Below, piece by piece: positions 9,687-19,873 of a stretch of 64,000 bases of DNA; position 1 is the stretch's first letter; every line of letters begins with the position of its first letter. The notes beneath the pieces were generated by a model. The model searched no databases. It was given only the letters and a program-made list of their open reading frames with translations, and was not told where the DNA came from. Made by a program: the position numbers and the translations under genes. This DNA comes from a virus: the IMG/VR virus record IMGVR_UViG_3300044639_001193, positions 35,751 to 99,750 of that record. The stretch is one strand, 5' to 3'.

Positions 9687-10940
9687 ATGTCTGCAGATAA
9701 TGAACATCGGTTAGTCAGCAAGGTAATCAAAGAACGTGACATCACTCCCGCTTTACAACGCGGAGTTATGGAGGCATGGTTTCTAGATGAGGACAACCGT
9801 AAGGTTTGGTCTTTTGTACGAAAGCACTACAGCGAGTACAGCGAAGTTCCAACTGCAACTACTGTCCTAGACCATTACCCAAATTACAAAGTTCTTAATG
9901 TAGAAGATTCTGTTGACTATCTTTTGGACACGATGGTGGATTTTCGCCGTCGTATGCTCACACGTCAAGGTCTTGAAAATGCTGTTGAAGAACTGCAGAG
10001 CAACGACCACAACGCTGCACTCCTTGCTATGGAGAAAACTGTTGCAAAGGTTAACGAGCAAGGCGTATTGGGCACCCACGAAGTTGACTTAACTAAGAAC
10101 ACAGAAGAACGTTACAAGGAATATCAAGCAATTCAGAACCAAGAGTTTTTAGGTATACCTACAGGATTTAAAGATATTGATGAAGCAACTGCAGGATTAC
10201 AGGGCGGACAATTAGTAACCATCATTGCACCACCTAAGACTGGTAAGTCACAGGTTGCATTACAGATTGCTATTAACACGCATCAAATTGGCAAGACACC
10301 AATGTTTCAATCGTTTGAAATGAACAACCATGAGCAGCAACAACGTCACGATGCAATGCGAGCACACATTGACCACGGACGTTTGCGACGAGGAAAGTTG
10401 TTACCAGCAGAAGAAAGTCGTTACATAGATACCCTCAACGCTATGGAGAAAGAGCATTCATTTCATTTGGTTGATGCCGTTAACGGTATTACCGTTTCAG
10501 CATTAGCCGCAAAGATTGAGCACTTAAAACCAGACATTGTATTTGTAGACGGTGTGTATTTGATGATGGATGAGTTAACTGGCGAGATGAACACGCCAGG
10601 TGCCATTACTAACATCACTCGTGCGCTTAAGCGGTTAGCACAGCGCATTGATAAGCCAATTGTTATTACTACTCAGACTCTTCTTTGGAAGATGCGTGCT
10701 GGAAAAGTTACTGCTGATTCAATCGGTTACTCATCATCATTCTTTCAAGACTCAGATGTTATCTTAGGTCTAGAGCCTGTAGAAGAAGACGATTCAATTC
10801 GTTTATTAAAGGTCGTTGCTTCCCGTAACTGCCCACCAAAAGAAACTTCATTAACTTGGAAGTGGGAAACAGGTTGTTTCCACGACGAATCAAAGATGAT
10901 GAGTTGTGAGTTCTGTTCTAACTGGGGCGGAAATGGTTGA
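9687..10940 (+). CDS. dnaB: Replicative DNA helicase, DnaB-like
   Basis: GIPTGF..ID..T.GLQ.GQL, APPKTGKS, SFEM, VFVDG, SS.F.QDSD. Confidence 0.92.
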   Translation: MSADNEHRLVSKVIKERDITPALQRGVMEAWFLDEDNRKVWSFVRKHYSEYSEVPTATTVLDHYPNYKVLNVEDSVDYLLDTMVDFRRRMLTRQGLENAVEELQSNDHNAALLAMEKTVAKVNEQGVLGTHEVDLTKNTEERYKEYQAIQNQEFLGIPTGFKDIDEATAGLQGGQLVTIIAPPKTGKSQVALQIAINTHQIGKTPMFQSFEMNNHEQQQRHDAMRAHIDHGRLRRGKLLPAEESRYIDTLNAMEKEHSFHLVDAVNGITVSALAAKIEHLKPDIVFVDGVYLMMDELTGEMNTPGAITNITRALKRLAQRIDKPIVITTQTLLWKMRAGKVTADSIGYSSSFFQDSDVILGLEPVEEDDSIRLLKVVASRNCPPKETSLTWKWETGCFHDESKMMSCEFCSNWGGNG

Positions 10941-11871
10941 TGTTGAAAAGATTCTTCTTAATTTAGACGTATCACTTACTGCTCAACGTAGTGATGAGGT
11001 GCAGGGCTATTGCCCTATGCATGAGAAACGCACAGGTAAAGAAGACCACAATCCGTCTTGGTGGATTAACACCAACACTGGAGCACACATTTGTTTTTCT
11101 TGCGGTTACAAAGGAAACATTTACACATTAGTTGCTGACATCAAGGGCATTGATTACTTTGATGCAAAAGACTATATCAATGAAGGCGCCGAGATTCCGT
11201 TGGATTCTCTAATGAAGAGAATCAAGGAGTTACCACAGTATGTTGCAGCAGATGAGCCAATCATCATGTCAGAAGCAAGACTTGCGGTTTACACAGACCC
11301 TCCTGAAAATGAATTACGTAAAAGATTCATCAAACCAACAGATGCAAAACATCACGGCATCTTATGGGATACAAATAACTCAGCCTGGATTCTCCCAATC
11401 CGTGACCCTAACAATTACACTCTTTGGGGATGGCAAGAAAAAGGTGCACGTGGTCGTTTCTTCCGTAACCAGCCGCAAGGTGTAAAGAAATCTAAAACTG
11501 TTTTTGGTGTAGAGGTTATGTCTACGGAAACTCTTATAGTTGTTGAATCACCGCTTGACGTGCCTCGTCTTGCATCTGCGGGATACACAGGAGCCATATC
11601 TACTTTTGGCGCTATACCTAGTGAAGAACAAGCAAAGGTCATGAGAAGAGCACAGAGGGTTATAGCAGCCTTTGATAAAGATGAAGCAGGAAGACACGCC
11701 AATGAACTTATGCGTGGCTTTGCTCGCAAGTATGGTATTGAATTGTCCTACTTCAATTACACAGGTATTGATGTTAAGGACCCAGGAGACATGACAGAGA
11801 GCCAAATTAAACAAGGCATAGAAACTGCTCGTGACATGATTTACGGCAAGGAAGCCTTTACATGGTCTTAG
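10933..11871 (+). CDS. dnaG: DNA primase (CHC2 Zn finger + TOPRIM)
   Basis: CPMH..D.NPS..CFSCG; VVES..D; AFDKDEAG; KDPGD. Confidence 0.9.
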   Translation: MVDVEKILLNLDVSLTAQRSDEVQGYCPMHEKRTGKEDHNPSWWINTNTGAHICFSCGYKGNIYTLVADIKGIDYFDAKDYINEGAEIPLDSLMKRIKELPQYVAADEPIIMSEARLAVYTDPPENELRKRFIKPTDAKHHGILWDTNNSAWILPIRDPNNYTLWGWQEKGARGRFFRNQPQGVKKSKTVFGVEVMSTETLIVVESPLDVPRLASAGYTGAISTFGAIPSEEQAKVMRRAQRVIAAFDKDEAGRHANELMRGFARKYGIELSYFNYTGIDVKDPGDMTESQIKQGIETARDMIYGKEAFTWS

Positions 11872-12047
11872 ATGCTAGGGGTGTTCCTACCCATGCTTGT
11901 CCCAATTGTGGTGAACAAGTTTTTATTATTAGAGCAATGTTTTATGAGTACGAAATTGCTATGTGGATGACAGATGGGGAATGTTCTGGTTGTGGAACAT
12001 TGTTAACCGTACCTACACCATTGGATGACCCAGATGTTTACGGGTGA
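11862..12047 (+). CDS. Zinc-ribbon protein
   Basis: CPNCG...CSGCG. Confidence 0.65.
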   Translation: MVLDARGVPTHACPNCGEQVFIIRAMFYEYEIAMWMTDGECSGCGTLLTVPTPLDDPDVYG

Positions 12048-13653
12048 GTTAAAGCCGTATCAAGTTGAGGCTGTTGACAAAATGGCTTCTCGTAAAAAGA
12101 TGCTAGTTGCATACGAGATGGGTTTAGGTAAAACCTGTATGACTATTGCTGCTCTTGAAAAATTAAAAGAAGAAGGAACACTTACTAAACCAACTTTAAT
12201 TATTGCGTTGTCTAGTCTGAAATACCAATGGCAAAAAGAAATTAATAAATTCTCAGATGATTATTCCTCTGTAGTAGACGGTTCAAAAGGAACTCGTTAC
12301 ATTCGTTGGGAACGAGACATGACCTGGGAAGAACATACTGGTTACATTATTGCTAACTACGAAACCATTGTTGCAGATTGGGATGTAATTAAAGACTACG
12401 AGTGGGGCGCAATTGTTTGCGATGAAGCCACTGCCATTAAAAGTTTTAAATCCCAACGTTCAAAAGTAGTAAAGAAACTTGCTAGAAACATCCCAATTAG
12501 ATTTGCACTTACAGGTACTCCAATTGAAAACGGACGCCCAGAAGAGTTGTATAGCATTATGCAGTTTGTAGACGACACATTACTTGGTCGTTTTGATTTG
12601 TTTGACCAAACTTTTATTGTACGCAATCACTTTGGTGGAGTGCAGCGGTATCGCAATCTCCCTATCTTTCACGAAAAAATGAAACAAGTGTTTGTTAGAA
12701 AAACTCAAAAAGACCCAGACGTAGCCCCGTATCTTCCTGAAACTATTCATTTGGAACCAACGTTTATTTCCTTAGACAAAAAAACAAAAGAACTTTACGA
12801 CAAAATTGCTAATGATTTAAAACAAGAACTTATAGAAGCACAAACACTTCTTGGTGGTGGGTTCTCATTAGAAGCCCATTACGGTCATGGATTTCAACCT
12901 GGTTCTCCAGCAGACCAATTGCGTGGCTCAATTATGAGCAAAATAACTTCTTTAAGAATGATATGTGATTCTCCTTTACTGCTTGTTGATAGCGCTACAA
13001 AATTTAAAAATGGTTGGGTTGATGTAGACGGTGAGTCTATAAACATTGAAGGCTCAAAAGGTGGCAGCGCTTACGTGGCAGGGTTAGCCGACCAAGGGCT
13101 TCTTGATGGGTTAACTAAATCGCCAAAATTAGATGCGGTTATTGACTACATAATTGACCATCTCAACATGGAGGAAAGTCATAAAGTTGTTATTTTTACT
13201 TGCTATTTAGGTGTGCTACCACTTCTCCAAAATGCTTTAACCCAAAAGAAGATAACCAGCACTCTGTACTCTGGACAAATGGACGCCAAGGCTAAAGAAG
13301 AATCAAAGACTTTGTTCCAAACTTCTTTAGACGTACGAGTATTAATTTCTACTGATGCTGGCGGCTACGGCGTAGACTTACCTCAAGCCAATCTTCTTGT
13401 TAATTATGATTTACCTTGGTCGTCAGGAACTGCGGTCCAAAGAAACTCACGAATTCGTCGTGCTTCTAGTACTTGGAAAAGCGTTGTTATTCAAGACTTT
13501 TTAGTGCTAGGCTCCATAGAAGAGCGCCAGCACCAGATGTTATTACAGAAGAATGCCGTAGCAGATGCTGTAATGGATGGAGCAGGAATCAATAAAAAAG
13601 GCGGAATTGACCTAACCGTTGGTAGCCTGATAAACTTCTTGCAGGGAAAATAG
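12025..13653 (+). CDS. SNF2-family helicase
   Basis: EMGLGKT, DEA, LTGTPIEN, TDAGGYGVDL, YDLPW, QRNSRIRR. Confidence 0.92.
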   Translation: MTQMFTGELKPYQVEAVDKMASRKKMLVAYEMGLGKTCMTIAALEKLKEEGTLTKPTLIIALSSLKYQWQKEINKFSDDYSSVVDGSKGTRYIRWERDMTWEEHTGYIIANYETIVADWDVIKDYEWGAIVCDEATAIKSFKSQRSKVVKKLARNIPIRFALTGTPIENGRPEELYSIMQFVDDTLLGRFDLFDQTFIVRNHFGGVQRYRNLPIFHEKMKQVFVRKTQKDPDVAPYLPETIHLEPTFISLDKKTKELYDKIANDLKQELIEAQTLLGGGFSLEAHYGHGFQPGSPADQLRGSIMSKITSLRMICDSPLLLVDSATKFKNGWVDVDGESINIEGSKGGSAYVAGLADQGLLDGLTKSPKLDAVIDYIIDHLNMEESHKVVIFTCYLGVLPLLQNALTQKKITSTLYSGQMDAKAKEESKTLFQTSLDVRVLISTDAGGYGVDLPQANLLVNYDLPWSSGTAVQRNSRIRRASSTWKSVVIQDFLVLGSIEERQHQMLLQKNAVADAVMDGAGINKKGGIDLTVGSLINFLQGK

Positions 13654-13663
13654 GGGGAACAAA

Positions 13664-14104
13664 ATGGCACGAATCAAAGCAGAAGCAACACGTACAGCAG
13701 ACCAAGACAGCCTTGTTAATCAGGCTAAAGAATATGCGTTCATCAAATCACAGATGGATTATCTAGAAAAACAACAAAAAGAACTTCGTGAGAAGTTGTT
13801 TGAGGTTCTTGATACTTCAGGTGAACCTGATGATAAAGGCAACATAATTGTAGAACTTCCTCAAGAAGTTGATGGGTTTTTTTCCATTGTAAAACAAAAG
13901 CGAGTATCTCGTAAAGTTGATGAACTTGTTGCAGATGAAATTATTACCGCAAAAGGTATGGAAGAAACTTTGTACAAAACAGTTCGTATGGTAGACGAAG
14001 ACGCACTAATGGCTGCGTTGTATAACGATGAACTTACAGAAGAAGAAATTGACCAAATGTATCCACAGAAAATTACGTGGGCACTTGTTCTAAGTAAGAA
14101 GTAA
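13664..14104 (+). CDS. Hypothetical coiled-coil protein
   Basis: 146-aa ORF with GGGGGA RBS. Confidence 0.65.
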   Translation: MARIKAEATRTADQDSLVNQAKEYAFIKSQMDYLEKQQKELREKLFEVLDTSGEPDDKGNIIVELPQEVDGFFSIVKQKRVSRKVDELVADEIITAKGMEETLYKTVRMVDEDALMAALYNDELTEEEIDQMYPQKITWALVLSKK

Positions 14105-14106
14105 TC

Positions 14107-14592
14107 ATGGCAGGTCTACGGGGTCAAGACGAAATTGAAAAAGCGTTTGCTGATTTGGAATACGTTCCAGGTTCTAAGAAAAAACGCCGTGAACTAGACC
14201 CAAAAGTTTCTCGCCGTAAGGTGGGGGAAAGTAATGGTTGGGATGCAAACCCAGTCATTAAAACATTAGGCGGAAAAGAAACGGAAGTCTTTACGATTAG
14301 TGCATTAGCACTAGCGTTGGAGAAGTCCATAGTAACAATCCGTTTATGGGAGCGCAAAGGGTATATCCCACGTGCACCATACAGACTTCGTGCCAAGACT
14401 CTTGGTGGGAAGAAGACTGGTGGTAATCGTGTGTACACCAGAGCGCTCATTGAGTCCACACTTGAAGAGTTTTCAAAGCGTGGCTTACTAGGAACTGCTC
14501 GTGTAGAGTGGAACCAACACGATGACTTAACAGAAACGTTAGTAAGAACCTGGAAAGTCATCATATCCGAAGAGAGCCGTGAGGCCTCATGA
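14107..14592 (+). CDS. MerR-like HTH DNA-binding protein
   Basis: FTISALA.AL.KS..TIRLWE.KGYIP...R.YT. Confidence 0.75.
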   Translation: MAGLRGQDEIEKAFADLEYVPGSKKKRRELDPKVSRRKVGESNGWDANPVIKTLGGKETEVFTISALALALEKSIVTIRLWERKGYIPRAPYRLRAKTLGGKKTGGNRVYTRALIESTLEEFSKRGLLGTARVEWNQHDDLTETLVRTWKVIISEESREAS

Positions 14593-15257
14593 CCGAAAGA
14601 AACCAAATGCCGATTAAAATGCCAGCAGTAAACGCTGAAACCTATCTTGAAGAAGATAGCGCTGATATCCAACCTACAGTTGGAACAACCGTGCAAGAAG
14701 GCTGGGATGCAGCCGAAGCACTACTCAAAGTAGAGACATCTGAATTTCCAACAGATTTCCGATTCTCTGACGAACCACGCCTTGTAAAGTTTTTACAAGA
14801 CCGCCCATTCGCTACTTACGAGCAGCATTGGATTGAACGTCCAAAGGGCAAGAAGTCTTTTGTTTGCATCGGAGATGGTTGCCCACTCTGTGAAATCCTT
14901 GGCGATAAGCCACGAGGCAAGTTTGCATTCAATGTTCTTGTATTAACTGGCGATGTTCAGGGCGTACAAATTTTGACTGCACCTCCGTCACTTGCCCGCC
15001 AGATTAAGAAAGCCCACGATGATGAGCGCAAAGGCCCTCTTGACCGTGAGTTCTGGGAAATTTCTCGCATGGGAACAGGCCCTACTACGCAGTACACCCT
15101 CAACTTCGTACGTGGTCGTGACCTTGCAGAGGAATGGAAGTTGTCATTAGACAACGTTAATGAGTTAATTGCAAACGCTGAGTCTTTTTCAGCCGAAGAT
15201 GTAGTTCGTGAGACCCCTCGCTCTGAACTTCTTGAAATTGCTCGCTCAATAGCGTAA
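14589..15257 (+). CDS. Single-stranded DNA-binding protein, gp32-like
   Basis: QHWI...SFVC...CPLC; ISRMG.G..TQY; sits before the polymerase. Confidence 0.65.
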   Translation: MTERNQMPIKMPAVNAETYLEEDSADIQPTVGTTVQEGWDAAEALLKVETSEFPTDFRFSDEPRLVKFLQDRPFATYEQHWIERPKGKKSFVCIGDGCPLCEILGDKPRGKFAFNVLVLTGDVQGVQILTAPPSLARQIKKAHDDERKGPLDREFWEISRMGTGPTTQYTLNFVRGRDLAEEWKLSLDNVNELIANAESFSAEDVVRETPRSELLEIARSIA

Positions 15258-15271
15258 GACTTCCAAGTAGC

Positions 15272-15305
15272 AGGGGGCCTGTTTATATCCGTTTCCAGGC
15301 CCCCT
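15272..15305 (+). terminator. Stem-loop (terminator or processing site)
   Basis: AGGGGGCCTG...CAGGCCCCCT, 10-bp stem, no U tail. Confidence 0.5.
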
Positions 15306-15328
15306 CTACACACTTAGAGGGGATTTAG

Positions 15329-17338
15329 ATGAACATAATTACAACTAAACAACAGTTAGCAGACCTTGTTGAGTTTTACTCCAAGGTAGAGGGTTTTGCT
15401 TTTGACGTTGAAACCGTTGGTGATAACCGTATCCAACCAGTAGTAAACGACGTGCTATGGATTTCATTAGCAACAGATGACCGCACAGACGTTATACCTA
15501 TGGGTCACCCTAATGGTGAATTTTTGCATTGGGATAAAGAACTTTTATTAAGTGGTCAAAAGAAACTTGCTGCAGGAAAAGAACGTGACGATTTAAAAGA
15601 CACAGACTTTACAAAGAACCAAGCCAAGTGGACACCCGTGTTTGACGCTCCACCAGAACAATTACTTCCAGGAGATGTCTTTAAGGCATTAAAGCCATTG
15701 TTCTTTAGTGACCAGTTAAAAGTTGGTCACAACATTAAATTTGACCTTAAATCAATTGCCAAATATTACCGTGGTGTAGTTCCAACAAAACCGTTCTTTG
15801 ACACAATGATGGCAGCGTTTGTACTTGATAACCGTAACCGTGGAAAACTAGGACTTAAAGATTGCGCTGAAAAGTTTCTCAAGATTAAAGTTGAAAAAGG
15901 TATTGGTGCAATGGTGGAGGTTCATTCCTTCTCAGACGTAGCACATTACTCAGGGTTTGACTCAGAGGTTACTTGGAAGTTATACCGTTTATTAGCGCCT
16001 AAGTTAACAGGCGGGTTATCCCGTGTATGGGGATTAGAGATGGATGTTGTTGCAGCGCTTTGCGATATGGAACTTGCTGGAGCATCTATTGATGTAGAGG
16101 AACTTAAACTTCTTAAAGAGCGGTTAGAGACAGACATTGATTTAGCACGAGGCAAGGCATACAAGTTGGCTGGCAAACCATTTGCTATGAACTCAGTGCC
16201 AGAGAAACAGAAGTTGCTATTCCTTCCTAAAGACGAAGGTGGTCGTGGTATCAAGCCAAACGTTAAGATTAAAATTGCTTTAACGGCTAAAGGCCAAGAC
16301 ATAGCGTATGCACACGGAGAGTTAACAATCAATCATTTTTCTGTATCATCAGATGCTTTGGAGTTTTATCGCGCTAAAGACGAGTTAGTAGATGCAATCC
16401 TTGAGTACCAGGACTTGAACAAGTTGATGACTACTTATGTGATTCCATATTTAGGTGGCGAGGTAACTCGCACCAACTTAGGTAAGTCAAAGATTGTGCA
16501 AAAAGATTCGCTCCTAATCAAGGGTAAAGTACATACTAACTTTAAATCACATGGAGCAGAGACAGGTCGTTTCTCCAGTAGTGACCCAAACCTACAGAAC
16601 ATCCCTTCATCAGGTAAGTACGGTAAGTTGATTCGTAATCTGTTTATTGCACCACCAGGATACAAACTGGTTGTAGCAGACTACTCGCAGATTGAACCAC
16701 GCATTATTGCAGCGTTTTCTGGTGACCCAATTATGGTTGATAACTATGTAACTGGTGGAGATATCTATACAACTATCGGTAACACAATGGGTGTAGACCG
16801 CAAAGCAGGTAAAGTTTTAGTGTTATCTATTGCCTACGGTGTAGGGCCAGACAAGATTGCACAACAAGTTGGTTGTTCTATTACTGAAGCAAAAGATTTG
16901 CTTAATCGGTTTACAGCGCAGTTTAGTGACATTGCAAAATACAAAGCAAAGGTTATTCGTATGGCAGCACAGCAGTCTCCAGTACCGTTTGTAGAGACTT
17001 TAATGGGCCGTCGTCGTTACATTCCTGACCTACGAAGCATTGATAAAGGATTAAAGTCAAGAGCAGACCGACAAGCATTTAATACAGTTATTCAAGGTTC
17101 TGCAGCAGACATTATGAAACTAGCCATTATTAGGGCACATTCGTGTTTTATTGATGAACCAGATGTAAATGTTGTATTGACTGTGCACGATGAACTTGTT
17201 ACAGTTGCACGTGATGATTTAGCCGAGGAAACCGCCGAAGCAATTCGTTTGTCAATGGAAGGAATCAAATTGAAAGAGATTACAGTTCCCTTGATTGCAG
17301 ACGTAAAAATAGTAGACAAGTGGGGAGAAGCGAAGTGA
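15329..17338 (+). CDS. polA: DNA polymerase family A with 3'-5' exonuclease
   Basis: AFDVET, GHNIKFD, TGRFSSSDPNLQNIP, ADYSQIEPR, QGSAAD, VHDE. Confidence 0.95.
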   Translation: MNIITTKQQLADLVEFYSKVEGFAFDVETVGDNRIQPVVNDVLWISLATDDRTDVIPMGHPNGEFLHWDKELLLSGQKKLAAGKERDDLKDTDFTKNQAKWTPVFDAPPEQLLPGDVFKALKPLFFSDQLKVGHNIKFDLKSIAKYYRGVVPTKPFFDTMMAAFVLDNRNRGKLGLKDCAEKFLKIKVEKGIGAMVEVHSFSDVAHYSGFDSEVTWKLYRLLAPKLTGGLSRVWGLEMDVVAALCDMELAGASIDVEELKLLKERLETDIDLARGKAYKLAGKPFAMNSVPEKQKLLFLPKDEGGRGIKPNVKIKIALTAKGQDIAYAHGELTINHFSVSSDALEFYRAKDELVDAILEYQDLNKLMTTYVIPYLGGEVTRTNLGKSKIVQKDSLLIKGKVHTNFKSHGAETGRFSSSDPNLQNIPSSGKYGKLIRNLFIAPPGYKLVVADYSQIEPRIIAAFSGDPIMVDNYVTGGDIYTTIGNTMGVDRKAGKVLVLSIAYGVGPDKIAQQVGCSITEAKDLLNRFTAQFSDIAKYKAKVIRMAAQQSPVPFVETLMGRRRYIPDLRSIDKGLKSRADRQAFNTVIQGSAADIMKLAIIRAHSCFIDEPDVNVVLTVHDELVTVARDDLAEETAEAIRLSMEGIKLKEITVPLIADVKIVDKWGEAK

Positions 17339-17451
17339 AATTTATTTGTAAATTATTTGGACATAAGATGTATAACATTGTGTGGTCTAGCCTAGACCAA
17401 GACTTTACAGTCTTGTGCGTACGTTGCGAGTCACGTTGGGAAACCAAGTGA
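17335..17451 (+). CDS. Zn-binding microprotein (38 aa)
   Basis: ICKLFGH...CVRC; GTGA overlaps at both ends. Confidence 0.55.
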   Translation: MKFICKLFGHKMYNIVWSSLDQDFTVLCVRCESRWETK

Positions 17452-17819
17452 CAAACGCAGATTGGTGGGCTAAACAACTAGGTGCACAACCACAACAAGC
17501 ACCCGTAGCAGCACGTCCAGCAAATAACCCTATGCCGCCATCACAGCAGCCTATGACTACCTTTCAACAGCCTGCTCCTATGTCTAAAGCCCAGAGTTCT
17601 ACTCAGACACAGTTGTGTCCAGATTGCGGTGGCGGTAACTACATGACCGTACAAAATGCAGCAGCACGTTGTTACGATTGTGGTTATCCGCTTACTCAAG
17701 CAGGCAGCCGTTATGGAGCACTAACAGGTGCAAGCGTAGAAGGTAGCGCAAAACAAGCAAACGGTAATGACGTAGCAAGTAATTGGAACCCACAAGGAAT
17801 TATTGGGAGAATTAATTGA
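17448..17819 (+). CDS. Pro/Gln-rich zinc-ribbon protein
   Basis: CPDCG...CYDCGYP; start probably GTG 17448. Confidence 0.65.
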   Translation: MTNADWWAKQLGAQPQQAPVAARPANNPMPPSQQPMTTFQQPAPMSKAQSSTQTQLCPDCGGGNYMTVQNAAARCYDCGYPLTQAGSRYGALTGASVEGSAKQANGNDVASNWNPQGIIGRIN

Positions 17820-18208
17820 GTAGTAAAGCATTTTCAGCGTTTGATTTGGACCTTGAATTTGGGCAAGAAGGAGAAGCCCTTGTACAAGAGTTGCTTACCG
17901 ATGGGCGCACCATTGAAGTTAAACGAGATAGAAAATGGAAAGATACTCACAACGTTTATGTTGAAACAGAATGTTATTTTGTTGGAAAACAGAGTTGGGG
18001 TTTGTCTGGGTTAAGCGTAACTGAAGCCAAGTATTGGGCTTTTGTACTAGAGGAAGCAGTTCTTCTGGTTCCTACCGATGCTTTGCGTTACGCAATAAAA
18101 GAATTTGGCGGATATACGGAGTGTCGTATTCCTCCGAACTACAGTAAAGGATACCTTTTGACTGTGCCGCAAATATTAAAATCTATAAAGGAGTACAAAG
18201 GTGATTAA
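17816..18208 (+). CDS. PD-(D/E)XK nuclease-like protein
   Basis: IEVKRD......NVYVE....W..SGL..T.A.YW. Confidence 0.6.
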   Translation: MSSKAFSAFDLDLEFGQEGEALVQELLTDGRTIEVKRDRKWKDTHNVYVETECYFVGKQSWGLSGLSVTEAKYWAFVLEEAVLLVPTDALRYAIKEFGGYTECRIPPNYSKGYLLTVPQILKSIKEYKGD

Positions 18209-19247
18209 TGATGAAGCCAAAAAGATTGTTGCTCAACTTAATAAAAGGTTTGGGGACAACGTTGTTGTTCTTGCCAGTGATATTCGTAGCGACACTATTC
18301 CTCGTATTACAAGCGGCTCTACTACTCTTGACTATGTTCTTGGGGGCGGTTTTCCAGGTAACCAATGGAATGAACTCATCGGTGAACCATCTCACGGAAA
18401 AACTGCTGTTGCTCTTAAAACCATTGCAGCCAATCAGCAACGAGACCCCAACTACACAACCGTTTGGGTTGCCGCTGAACAATGGGTCCCAGACTATGCA
18501 GCAATGTGTGGTGTGGATACAACACGGGTCATTGTCATTGAAACGTCAGTCATGGAAGAGGCCTATCAAGCCGTAATTGAATTTGCTGAATCAAAAGCAG
18601 TTGATGCAATTGTAATTGATTCATTACCTGCCCTATCCCCTGCTCCAGAAATGGAAAAGGACATGTCAGAAATGACTGTAGGAAGGGGCGCATTACTTAC
18701 TAACAAGTTCTTCAGAGTCGTCGGGACAGCGATGAAGCGGTCATTGGTTGAGGATGAGCGTCCTGTATTGGGCCTCATCATCAATCAATACCGAATGAAG
18801 ATTGGCGTAATGCATGGCGACCCACGGACAACTCCTGGCGGAGAAGGAAAGAACTATGCATTCTTTACACGTTGTGAAGTACGTCGTAAGGAATGGATTG
18901 AAATCGGTTCAGGAACAAATAAAGTACGAGTAGGACAACAAATTGTTGTTCGTACATTAAAGAACAAGACTGCACCACCACAACGTGTTGCATACTTTGA
19001 TTTCTACTTTGCAGAAGGTGGCAACTGTGCTCCAGGAGAATACGATTTTGCAAAAGAAATTGCTTCTTTAGGAGTAATCATGGGAGTCATTAACCGCAAG
19101 GGTGGTTGGTTCTACCACGGTGAGCGCAAGTGGCAGGGTATTGACTCTGTTATTGCCAGCATCCGTGAAGAAGTTGACCTTAAAGAAGAGATACAAAAAG
19201 CAGTACTAGCATCTGATGCCGCACCTTTGGCGGCTGATGAAGACTGA
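18201..19247 (+). CDS. recA: RecA recombinase
   Basis: TSGS..LD..LGGG.P, GEPSHGKT, IVIDS, INQYRMKIGVMHGDP.TTPGG, KNKTAPP. Confidence 0.95.
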   Translation: MINDEAKKIVAQLNKRFGDNVVVLASDIRSDTIPRITSGSTTLDYVLGGGFPGNQWNELIGEPSHGKTAVALKTIAANQQRDPNYTTVWVAAEQWVPDYAAMCGVDTTRVIVIETSVMEEAYQAVIEFAESKAVDAIVIDSLPALSPAPEMEKDMSEMTVGRGALLTNKFFRVVGTAMKRSLVEDERPVLGLIINQYRMKIGVMHGDPRTTPGGEGKNYAFFTRCEVRRKEWIEIGSGTNKVRVGQQIVVRTLKNKTAPPQRVAYFDFYFAEGGNCAPGEYDFAKEIASLGVIMGVINRKGGWFYHGERKWQGIDSVIASIREEVDLKEEIQKAVLASDAAPLAADED

Positions 19248-19554
19248 AGGACAGAAACAATCTCAGAAGCACGAGAAGAGACTTGCTAAGAAAATTGGCG
19301 GTAAAACTATGGCTGCATCTGGAGCGTTTTGGTCTCACAAAGGAGATGTTCGGTCAAGCGACCTCTTGATTGAACATAAATTTACAGGTAAAAAACAAAC
19401 GACGTTAAAGTCGGATGTGTTACGCAAAATCACGAGAGAGGCAATTCTTGATGGACGTATGCCCGTACTGGGAGTTCATCTAGACGGGGAGGACTACGTG
19501 GTCCTTCTTGAGAACGATTTCTTGGAGATGAGGGACCGACTAAAGGATGCCTAA
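19237..19554 (+). CDS. Holliday junction resolvase, Hjc-like
   Basis: E.R.AK..GG....SGA....KGDV.....LIEHK.T. Confidence 0.75.
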   Translation: MKTEGQKQSQKHEKRLAKKIGGKTMAASGAFWSHKGDVRSSDLLIEHKFTGKKQTTLKSDVLRKITREAILDGRMPVLGVHLDGEDYVVLLENDFLEMRDRLKDA

Positions 19555-19557
19555 CAC

Positions 19558-19872
19558 ATGGAAGAACCAGAGTATGCGTGGCGTTACAGCGCACGCTGTA
19601 AGGGTGAAGACACCGACATCTTCTACCCACCACGAGATAAAGAACAATACAAAATCATTGCTAATCAAGCAAAGGTATTTTGTTTTGGAGAGAATAAAAA
19701 GAACCCGTGTCCCGTACAAAAGCAATGTTTATGGGATGCAGTTAAACGTGAGGAGCCTCACGGTATTTGGGGGGGCTTGAGTCATAGAGAAAGAAATGCT
19801 TTAATTCGTAAGTGGAAGAAATCGCATAAAAAGAAAATGTCGTTGCAAGAATTTATCTTAACTAAGGAATAA
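19558..19872 (+). CDS. whiB: WhiB-family transcription factor
   Basis: W...A.C....D.FYP, AK..C, CPV...CL..A, GIWGGLS..ER. Confidence 0.92.
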   Translation: MEEPEYAWRYSARCKGEDTDIFYPPRDKEQYKIIANQAKVFCFGENKKNPCPVQKQCLWDAVKREEPHGIWGGLSHRERNALIRKWKKSHKKKMSLQEFILTKE

Positions 19873-19873
19873 A

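Noticed and set aside
14124-14696. 190-aa minus-strand ORF (and 53735-54271)
   Set aside because: Overlap well-supported plus-strand genes almost entirely; no motifs
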